A DNA stretch of 63,348 bases, the filler included, from Sphacelaria rigidula (taxonomy: Eukaryota): assembly GCA_964200075.2 (NCBI GenBank). It is 9 parts of 9 records of this genome, joined end to end, with 100 filler letters (N's around TTAATTAATTAA, not from the genome) between each part and the next. Parts side by side here need not be neighbours in the genome. Positions count along the whole stretch, not along the records: positions 1 to 6,951 come from CAXNAA020017247.1; positions 7,052 to 14,002 come from CAXNAA020017248.1; 7 more parts are not named here. One strand, written 5' to 3'. Position 1 is the first letter of the stretch. The number at the start of each line of letters is the position of its first letter. The position numbers and the translations under genes were made by a program. Below, one piece after another: positions 1 to 10,335 of this stretch. Below the pieces are notes generated by a model. It searched no databases and was not told where the DNA came from. It saw nothing but the letters and a program-made list of their open reading frames with translations.

Positions 1-2891
1 CTCTTTCGTATCTTCCCTGCAATAGAGAAATGCGACTTCAGCCCCATTTTAGTGTTGAACCCCAAAATTTGAAATCGGCTGTTGAGTGGGATCTGGTAGG
101 TCCTGCTCATGTGCATATTTACACGGAGAAACCAAGGAACGGAATGAGGTCTGGCAGGTCCTACTTCTGAGCATATTTTGACGAAAAAATCTAGGACGGT
201 CGTCAGAAGCGGTATTTGCGAAAACATGGATTGTGCCGTACGGTACTTGACTCCCGCAAATCCACTGCGGCTCACGGCGTTTGGTAAAGTGGCGAAAATT
301 ACCTCTATTCTGGGAGATGGTTCGGTTTTATGTTATTGTGGCAACACCCCACCCGCCAGAATATACCCGAGGAACAAACTATGTTGTTGGCGTTGCGTTG
401 CGTCGCGTTCACACTACGAGGTTTTAGTCCGACATGGTTGAAATGACTCTCCTAACCCGAGGGAAAGTGTCCGCTTTGGGTCCGTTCAAGCGTTCGAAGA
501 TACTGTCGAACAGCACTATGAATCTTTCCTGTCATTGGCATCTGCGAATCAGTACAGTACCATCACAAATCGACAATTTAACGTTCTTATTAGAAACCAA
601 CGGGCACCAAAGTGTTTGCAGTTAGGAGGACTGGCATTTTCATAGAGGAGAAACTCTGTGTTCCCCCGTGGCCGCTACATGCGGTCTCAAAACCTATGCT
701 GTCCTTCTTTCAAACCTGGCGGGCGGACGGGGAAGCCGCAATCCCTCGGGACAGTATGAGTAGATTTCCAGAATTCTTCCGATGTGAGGAGGTCATGCAT
801 TACAAGCTGGGACAAGAGTGCTCTACGATCAACCACTTGTCGTTGCATTTGAGATCCAAGCCATCAACCGCCGACAGCAAAGGTCTTCTGGCTTTCACGC
901 AACGCTGTCGGTAGTACGGCAGGCAAACCCGATCATGGCTAGCTTTCGTTGCTCTACCGTACATACTCCCGACCGAAGTTTGCAACAGGTATGAAAGCTA
1001 AACAGTTGATTTTTCTCAACTACATCCACCCAATTCAAACGACTCTCAAGACCTGAACTCGACTCATATGATAGGTACAAAGCATGACCTCTAAGATACG
1101 AGGATGCGCCCGAAATATGACACGCATCACCCCCAACATTCCCCCCAACCGCTAGCGCCTATGAAGGGTATTATGCTGAACATAATTCAGGGCTGCAAGG
1201 GACTTAGAATATCTCTGGCCTGGGCATCATCCGCCTGAAGATCGAAAAGGTAAGAACTTGCGTAATGAAGTCGCACGGGAAAACGTGGCATGAGTCTCAT
1301 GGATGGGTAAACCTTGTCAAGCAAGGAATATCCCACCCTTTAAAGGGAGAAATCTCTCACACCCTGTCGGACACATATGACACGCTTGTGTCACATGTGT
1401 GTCCCAGGATACCCAGACAATTGGTGAACAACCCGTGTCTTGAGACGAACATGGCCGCGCTTAGAGCTCCTGATGAGATCAGCGATCCTCTCAGGAGACT
1501 GCGAGACTCGAACTTCGCTCAGAACTTCCCCACCAGCCTGTTAGCGAAGTCCATGGACAGCGACAACTCTTCGATAACTAATACTGACGCCTACCCTACT
1601 GGGTATTGAGCCCACGCACCTTGGCCCGCACGACAACTGATGCCTACCCTATTGGGTCTTGAGCCAACGCACCGTGGCTCCTGTATCAACTGCGGCACGA
1701 ACACATGGATTTTTCGCAAGGTGTGCATACAACAAGTACATTTTGTACGTTACTAGACAGAAAACGCCCACATCCTGTGCGTCATTCCAAATCGTGCATC
1801 GGGGCCACACCCCTCGGCCCCTACACCAAGCAGGGCAAATTCACATGAACTCTACACAGGAACTACGAACACGCGCGACATGCAAACGCGTGCATTTCAT
1901 GCGCGACTGACGAACCCCTGAGCTCCATACGCAACTGAAACTTGTTCGTAGGATGGCCTGGGGTGGTCAGTAAGATACACCTTGTCAGGATGAGGTACAA
2001 CAGTCTATTGATATACCTGTTTGTGTTCCGGGTACTACGCGGGATGACTTCATGTTGGGATGTTAGTGACACGACATACGTGAGTGGTGCTTGTCGCATC
2101 TTGGGATCTTGACCCCTACCGGGCGGGTTACTCCCCTTCCTTCCCTCTTCATCAACAAAGCTTTATATACATTTCTACCTCATCTTGATCGGCAGTCAGC
2201 CGTGTCCATTGATCGACTATCGCAGTCGTATCCATTGATCGACTATCTAAGTCGAGTATGCGCCCCATCCTCTCACGGGGTCACGAAGCTACACTCAAAC
2301 AAAACTCGTATATTTCTGACGCTGGTGACTACTTGTGACCCCACGGTACAGTAAGCTATGTTTAGTCTCCTCGTTCGGGTGCCAGGTGCTTGAGCTCCCG
2401 GCGTGAACGCTCCTTGTAGTCCACACCGCCGTTCTCAAGAATCGGTCGACGTGATCAAAGGGCTCGGGTTTCCTGCTTCGTTTTCGCCGAAGTCCTGAAA
2501 TATGTCACCTATGGATAAAGCTTCAAGAGTATAACTGCGCGACAAGGGGGGCACGTCTCATCTCTAGGCGGTACAAGTGAACCAGTGATGATATGGGTTG
2601 TGAGCGGTTCAGTGAGAGATTGAAGTGCTGGGCGTTGGCGGTCGTTCGAGTTCCGCGGTGAATGCTCTCAGTTGCAAGTCTTTCCCGCCGAAAGCGCATG
2701 AAACTTTTCACAAAGTATCAATCCTACCGACCTATTGTTTTATCCGATCCTAAATGGGGGAAGATGGTCAAAAATGGTTCGTTGTTCATGTCTCACAAGA
2801 TAACAGCTGCTACTGCAGTGGTCAGCAGTGCTGTTGTGGATCGAGTCATATCCTTCGCTCTGTGGTGGGCGTTATGGCATCGAAGATAATG

Positions 2892-3155
2892 TTTTCGTGA
2901 GATTGAGAGTCCAGGATACGATTGAGCATGAGAAGCGTTGAATGGATGAGTGAAATATTTCAGTTCCGAAGTGCTCCTCCAAAAAGCCCGATACACTTCC
3001 TGTAGTAACTTGCCACTGAAGCCTGTAGTGATATCCCCGAGTAGGATATCGACGTGTAGCTGCAAGTCAGTATTACAGGCAAAGAAAAGCGCACACCAAA
3101 TGAAAAATTATACAAGTTGGAGCGAATAATAAAACTCTCAATTTCACGAACATAT
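2892..3155 (-). repeat. Dispersed repeat with exon-like segment (LHVDILLGDI...SGKLL); second copy at ~33525-33812 (+)
   Basis: The reverse complement aligns with 33525-33812, including CTACACGTCGATATCCTACTCGGGGATATC. Both copies are preceded by a pyrimidine tract and CAG. Confidence 0.75.
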
Positions 3156-5411
3156 TGGTAGATACGAAACCGACACTGCGCCATGCACATGGAAAGCGGT
3201 CGTTCAGATCAAACTCCGCAGAACTAGCAATGGTTCCCAACTGGGGAACGACAAAGTACTAACGGGATCTGTCTTTTATCGAACAACTGGCAACGAACAT
3301 TCAATATTTTGAAAGCATGCTGCTGTAAACGTATCGTGCATCAACTGGCATAAATCCACATATTTTATTCTCAACACTTTCAACCCCTCCCCTTCCTCCG
3401 GACGAGGTTATTGCCTCAAGGGATCGATCCATCTCTCCCCCAGTACCCTGCTCACATCTTGGCCCCGCGGATTGGATCATCACCGCGCCGACTCTCGTCA
3501 ACCAGCTATATCAAATGAACTCATTTTTGCTACTCACGTCCGCACACTTTCGACGGTAGATTAGATATTTGCAAATTGAAATGAAATAAAACGCGTCTGG
3601 CGGGAATCGGACCCGCGTTCTTTCCACATGAGCATGCTGTCAGTCGCACGGTACCTTCCAACCAACGGGGCGCCGTGAAATACCCGCTTGAAAACACAAA
3701 GCACGTCCATTTTCCCATGCCAACACGCCAAAAAACACCCAACACGCGACTCCAAGCAACACAACGACACATCTCATGGGCACACCAAGACACATCACCA
3801 CCTACCGCTCAATTCCCTAGAATATAAATAAAATGATACAACATGACGTAAAACGATCGAGCCCTCCTAGGACTTCGGAACACCGTGTCAAAATTTGCAC
3901 TCCTCGTGCATCGCACCAGGGTTCACCTCATGCATTTTTTCTTCACTCGTTGACCCCCAAACACTCTGCTGGTAATTTTTTTTCATGTTCACGTTTCGCA
4001 ACGTTCGCCAAGATCACGATCGTTCCTCAAACGACCGGGGAACATTTGAATTGATACCGGCAAAAAAAAAACCGGGCATGCATGATACACAATCCCTCCC
4101 TCGATCACGCGAACTCCGATTGTCCTACAACACACGCCGCGTTTACATTCATCGCTTGCCCACGCCAAGGCGCTGGCCTCTCTGCAAAAGCACCCGTCCT
4201 CCACCTCGCAAAGATTCACAGTGCAAAATATACGCCCTCCATGCCAAGGACAGCACCCAAGCCGCGGAGGCACCAAGTGTCCTCGAACGTGAGAGACGCT
4301 ACTTCTCAACATACAGGATGATTACATCCCGAAACAAAATGTTTCACCACTCATGTTGGTAAATCGAACAGTACACCACAAGGAGTAATATTTCAGCAGC
4401 GAAACTGAGGCCAACCACTCACCCCCCCCATTCTCCAATCCCCCAATCTCTCAAGGCCAAAAAACCGCGAGCCTACCGTCCGCTTGGATGTAGTGCGTCA
4501 GATATCTACTTCCACACAACCATGACGGAACTCCCATTTAGCTTGAGCGGCGACAGGGACTCACAAAAACCAGAACCGAAAATTCATCATTGGCACAACC
4601 GCACCATTCCCTCTCACAGGAACAAGCCTACAAAACAACACACCAAATATAAGACGACCAGACGATGGAGGTGAGGCCGGCAACGGCTGGTGGGGAGGCG
4701 TGGTGCGCTGTGTGCCGGGCAGCCCGAGAGTCGCGCTACATACAATACTCACGTCAAATTGATCGCCGGTATCGACTTGACACAAGGGCGAAATGTCACA
4801 CAGTGTGTGTGCTCTCCCCTAATGAATGGCCTCATTCGAGTCGGCCATGGAGCGATGAGGGTACACCACGGCGAGCACAGACAGAAGGACACAAGACCCT
4901 CGAGTGTACACCCGTCAAACACACCACACTACGCCATCACTCAGAGACGAACACGCCAGCATCACGGTGTCCTTCTGCCTGTGCTATTTGTCGCTTTTAC
5001 CCCCATACCTGAGGTGACACCTCAACAAAAATCGCACGATGCCCCGTGCACAGTAACATCACACATACGCATGCAGAGACGTAAACATAACAGAAACAAA
5101 CAACAGCAAACCTCGTCCAGGGGCTTTTCCACTCGACCCGGCAAGTCTCATGTTCATCCAACACTACAGCGGATATCGCCCGACAACACCCAAACAGCCC
5201 CCAACCCACATACACCAGCGACGCGCTGTCTCCTCGTGCGCGATAGAGCCAATCGTTGGAGCAGCACGCACATTGAACACAGCGCAATGGTCCTGGACCT
5301 AACCAAACAATTCGTGCCCACCCCTCATATCTTCTCTCGTACCAAGCTAGACTCAATGCCGCCGCAGCACAACGTCCAGTGAGCGGACATGAAACAGCCA
5401 TCACCGACATC

Positions 5412-5522
5412 TTAGGCGTAGTTGCCCAACCACTTCCACTCGGGGCTCTTGTGGTTGAGCGTTTTGACGTAGTCAGGCAGCGGAATGCCTGCCTTCTCCG
5501 CGATCTTTCCAAGCTTTCGCAG
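5412..5522 (-). CDS. Terminal exon of an unknown host gene (LRKLGKIAEKAGIPLPDYVKTLNHKSPEWKWLGNYA*)
   Basis: CAG acceptor at 5523-5525, phase 0, TAA at 5412-5414; splices in frame to the exon at 6660-6827. Confidence 0.6.
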   Translation of the reverse strand: MRKLGKIAEKAGIPLPDYVKTLNHKSPEWKWLGNYA

Positions 5523-6659
5523 CTGTGCACATGAGAGCAAAATATATGGATATGAGAAGGCGGAGAGTGGACAGAAAGGGATAAATTGTGAACTGATCTT
5601 GACAGATGACATGCAATCCAGAAATATTATCCAACAAGGAACGTGTTTTTTTTCTTCCCTGCTGATGCTTCTTCGGTTGACGATGGGTAAAATACTCCAC
5701 CCCCAATGTGCTTGAGATTTACACAGAGAATGTACACCCTACCATCAATCCAGTAGTGCCTGGAGGACCCATGTTGCTACCTCCCTCGCCGAGTCTACTG
5801 GTGAGAGATGAACCTTTGCCTCATCTGTCGGCAGTCGTGACTCATGCCATAAAAGCCGCATTTCGATCTTTTGTTTTGCGTTTTCCCGTCTACTCTTGCG
5901 TGGTGGGCTTGCATTCTATTAGCAGCCGTCGGTACTCCACAACGTCTCCACATGTAATGCACCTGAGGCATTGCTGGCCCTACATGAGACGTCACGTGCG
6001 TATTTTGATCCCGCACGACATTTTCCCCACCACACGATGGTGTCATGACGGTGCAGTCAGCCCTCAACTCTGTTGTTTTGCCTGCGCACGGGCCTACTCG
6101 TATCGACGTGATTCCACTGTAGGCAGTGTGTCAATGCTCAGTATTCGGGAACAAATACCGCAGGCACTGTCAAGATCCCCAAAACGAAATGCACTCGAAC
6201 GCGGGACCATTCTTTCGATTCCAACAAGCGCGTAGCGTACATCATCGCGCCGCCTGCAGGACGCAAGACAGTCGACAAGCTGTTTTTGTGCCGCTGGGCA
6301 ACTCCTACACCCTGGACAACAGAATACGTTGTCAAAAAATGTACTGCGTGCAGTATCAGCTATTGCGCCTATTGCAGCAGACGAAAGATTTCATACTGTA
6401 CGCAGTCCATTTTCTTCAATAGATTCTACTGTCCAAGGTGTGGAAATTTCAGCCCTGTTACCGCGGGTCTGAGCTCTTGCAGAAAAAAAACACAGGTACT
6501 TCAAAAATGGACAAATGGATTTCAGCATCCTAAAGTGTACTACGTACAGTTTGGAATCTGTTGTCTATTGCAATATAGGTCATAATAGTCCATACTGCAC
6601 GCAGTACACTTTTTTCACAAAATAATATTTTGCCATTATCCATGATGTGCGACACCCAC

Positions 6660-6827
6660 ATTCTTCTTGTCGAACGCCTTGAGGGTCTTGGGGTTGATGA
6701 GGTTGTCAAATTTGACTGTCTTGTTTGCGTTACCCCCTGATTTTAGCATGGCTTCCTCCTCCTCGGTCATAGTACCCGCTACCGCAGCGTCCTTCTTCGA
6801 AGTCTTCTTCGCCGTCTTCAGGGCAGT
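6660..6827 (-). CDS. Internal exon of the same unknown gene (TALKTAKKTSKKDAAVAG...KAFDKKN)
   Basis: TAG acceptor after a pyrimidine-rich tract, 168 nt open in phase 0, GTGGGT donor starting at 6659; codon usage looks coding. Confidence 0.6.
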
Positions 6828-6951
6828 CTATGGGATATGGAAGTGCGCGCAGGAAGGGGTGAAGGGAGGAAAAGCAAGAGGGTCGGCATGCGCAAACACC
6901 GAGAGAGATCTTCAAGAAAAGGGGGGGGGGGGGCGTACTCATTTGTTGCTT

Positions 6952-7051
6952 NNNNNNNNNNNNNNNNNNNNNNNNNNNNNNNNNNNNNNNNNNNNTTAAT
7001 TAATTAANNNNNNNNNNNNNNNNNNNNNNNNNNNNNNNNNNNNNNNNNNNN
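6952..7051. other. Artificial contig linker N44-TTAATTAATTAA-N44 (also at 14003-14102, 21053-21152, 28103-28202, 35153-35252, 42202-42301, 49251-49350, 56300-56399)
   Basis: Eight identical 100-bp spacers with a core giving stops in all six frames; the flanking contigs decrease in length from 6951 to 6949 bp. Confidence 0.98.
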
Positions 7052-7056
7052 AAAAT

Positions 7057-7138
7057 CGGGGGAGTCACGATCTCGGAACGGTTTCCCCCGAGTTTTTCGA
7101 AATATCGGGGGAAACCGTTCCGACATCGTGAGCCCCCG
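7057..7138. repeat. Imperfect inverted repeat/hairpin, probably a DNA-transposon subterminal region; related sequence at ~21945-22095
   Basis: TCGGAACGGTTTCCCCCGA ... TCGGGGGAAACCGTTCCGA perfect core with a 13-nt loop, extendable with mismatches. Confidence 0.75.
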
Positions 7139-7699
7139 TTTTTTCAGCCCCGCTTTGGTCCAAATCCGTGTCCATGAAATGCGTTCCCCAATTTTTTGCC
7201 TCCCCGAGTTTGAAAAAATCAAGATTCGTGCCTGCCGTAAAAGTGGGTCTTACCGTGCGTCCGGCACGACGCCTCCAGCAGGGTCCTCGGGGGGCGCCTC
7301 CGGCGGGGTCCCCTCTGCCGGGGAAGGCTTTTTGGCTCGCGGCTGCGCCGCTCGATGACCAACCCATTGTGTACCATTGAACTGGTTAATGAGTACGCTA
7401 CGCGTAACCATTCAACTGGTGAATGGTTAAGCAAACTATTTTCGAGCTCTAAGTACAATGGTTCGTTTCAGATATTCCGCTCAGTCAAAGTGATGTAAGT
7501 ATCAGTATTTGCACTCTCCGGATAGGGAAATTCAGTTACTCAAGTTTCCCTCGTTCGAAGTAGCTCTTAGATGCAGGTGGCGACAGTGTAGCAGTCACAT
7601 TTACTACTGATTGATGGGTCCCGGGTCTGGGTATATGATCCGCAGACACCGTGGTGCTGGTCTGCAGTATCATGAACGTCTGGAGCTTAACTCATGAAC

Positions 7700-8700
7700 A
7701 ACTCAAGCTCCTCAACTCTACATGCTCATGATGTGAGGAATGCACGTAGCTGTCAGGTCTCGAGTGCGGAACTCGATATATATCGAACAGCCGCTTGAGA
7801 TGCTGCGGTCACCTTCGAGCCACACGAAGGACGATTGCCACGGGTGTCGATGGTATTTTTATCGTTCGGGTGCTTCACGGTATATGCAATGTATAGTACG
7901 TGTGATTCACGGTACGGTACGATCTGATACGCGCCATCTGTGACAGGGTACGGTGCGGCATGGTGCCAGAGATTGGCGATCCGGTTTCGATCGTGAACGG
8001 GATCCATGATGTTGTGTTTCCGCTGTCTTGTACGGTGCTGGATTCACACATTTGTGCATTAACGACGGAATGTTCGAAATATACCGTAATTCAATGCTGA
8101 AACAACTCCCTGCCTGGTTTGTATTCTCTGGCTTAAAGTCCCGGTCCAAGCCCCACCTCAGCCATGGGCTGAATAATTGTGGCATGTCTGGGGCGCGTTG
8201 TGCCGCTTGACAAGCCGCTGATGGTTCCTTGTTTCTACAGCCGTTTCTCAAGGGCTGTCTTCAGGCATGAATTATTTCCTCGCCACTTGTAAACGGTGTT
8301 CCCCTTCCGTGAATGGTGAGACACCCATGAGGCAAGTTGAAACCCGTGACTGTTCTCGGAAGTGGCAATATCAGAAAATGAAGCAACTCATTGTAGCCTG
8401 TCATCTTTATGCATGATGCTTGGTACGCTTTGGGCCAGACATTCGCGGCTCGCCAAACACATCACGACGCTTCGCACCTGTTCATCGATTGCGGGCCTGT
8501 CCCGGTAGAACCACGGCGTGCTCCGTCCCGGTTTCGTCGGGATGTAAGGTCAATGGTCTTCACACTACGGACTACGGCATGCAAGATCATGAGTACACTC
8601 TTTACACGGAACCAATTCCCCGTGTCGCTCATAGCAGCTCAAATCATCGTGTCATGATGTCGACTGGTCCTCTTGAAATGAGTTGATGATCTAATCGTTA
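7700..8700 (-). pseudogene. Possible highly degenerate Mutator-like (MULE) transposase remnant
   Basis: Broken minus-strand peptides RCEAS*CVWRA and HHAAPYPVTDGAY...LYIAYTVKHPNDKN..(frameshift)PVAIV resemble the MULE C-x-W-R and P-x-x-x-DG...L-x-A...N...P(L/V)A motifs. Pattern recognition only. Confidence 0.3.
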
Positions 8701-10335
8701 TTCTTTTTTATTATATCGTAACTCCCCATTCTGCACACCGTTCCATTTTGCATTGAGGCAGTCTCGGCATTTACGAAACGTTAGTATGTACATTCCTGCA
8801 TGAAAACATACATGGACTGACACGTCGTGGTATGGCGTTGATTGTGTCATGCATCTTTTCCAATAATTTCATCACCCGGAGCGTCACTCCAGTTGTACCC
8901 CGAATAGGGGAGGCGCCGATTGCGTCCGTTTCCATCGTGTATTCTCCTTGTGAAATCCCCCCTCGATTTATTGCGTCGCGCCAGGGTATCGGCCTCCCCA
9001 GCCGCAAAGAAATGCTTCGCGTCTCCACGTCACAACTGCGACCCCGGAGCGGTCCCGATTTTCACTGCACTAGACCCTCTGCCTCTCAGGTGCACCACGT
9101 GGGAAAACGGTGCACAGACCACAGCTGATCAATCCCCTGCAGTCCTATAGCTTCCCACGTTCAAGGTCCGCATGGCTCGCCGATCTTCGCTATCCCGCGT
9201 CATGCTCATGTCTTGTGCCGTGGGACGCAAATTGGTGGGAGCATGAGCATGTCGAAGTCCTTGCTTCCGTATCTAGGCATTTTATCAGAACACTCTAGAG
9301 CCTTACACTTCACCAGCTCATTTGGGTTTATTCCACCCAGTCAAAGCGTCACATATCAGTTCTGGCATTCTTAAACCTTTCGGAACCCATTGACGATTTT
9401 TGTTTCTGTGAATCGGCATCATTTTCAGTCGTGAGTTCCAAAAGGGTTAAGGCAAAGGGTCACCAAGGGAATAACACGAATGTCCGAGGGCGATGCATTT
9501 CTTTAAACCTCCCTTGCTCGAAGCTTTATTGCATTTCAATACAGGTGGCGACAGGGTCGACTGATGTTACCACAGCTTCCTGTTATCATGTCGCTAGTCG
9601 AGTGCCGCATGGCAGGTTCGGTAGGATGCACCACCCCTGCCAGGACCCAATGTGGAGCACCCTTCGCCCACCTAAATAGGATGTGGGGTAGTATTTACCC
9701 CAAAAGCATAGCAGTACGATCAACACGGTATGACTCGGCGATTGGTACACACATTCACGTCATCACCCGCCTGGTACGAGCTGCTGGCACTAATCCTTCA
9801 CTTCTGAGGGATATCACTCACCTGAACTGACTGTCCAGCCTGGGCAACTCGAATGCGAGGAGTACAACGACGGGCGGTCGTTGACGTGTCGCGTTGAGCA
9901 AATTTTATGGGTAGAGAAACCATACGAGTAACTTGGGCGTTGTAGATCTTGTGCATGTGCAGAGTCCAATACCCCTCCCTTTGTTCAGTCGTCCCGCGTG
10001 CTGCAAAATCAGTGTCTACAGCACGCTTTGTCGGGAAGCGCTGTCTTTCCTGGAAAGACTACTGCGGTAGCTACCATTGTTGCCTGCTAACTTAACAGTT
10101 TGGTTTCTCGTCCACTCCTGTCTACGGACCTGTTCGCAACAAAGCTACTATGATGACAGTTCATCCACCTTTCACATGGGTATGACATAATATGTTTTTG
10201 TTGTCTGTTATTTGTGTGCAGGCTGCTGCTTAATTGGTGAGCTGGTCTTCGTGAGCTGCTGTGTGACGGCGCTTACTGCAGCAGCCGCAGGACTACGATG
10301 GTCTTGACCTCTTCTCTGGTATAGTCGTGAAGGAG

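Noticed and set aside
1..2340. Possible decayed LTR/gag region with small tandem duplications (53-bp period at 1583-1678, 26-bp period at ~2205-2254)
   Set aside because: No diagnostic motif could be recovered in any frame.
4690..5382. 230-aa ORF and numerous other 60-180 aa ORFs
   Set aside because: No domain signatures or coding bias; consistent with chance ORFs in ~50% GC non-coding DNA.
6996..7007. TTAATTAATTAA recurring every ~7050 bp as a biological periodic motif
   Set aside because: It always sits inside N44 flanks; it is an assembly linker.
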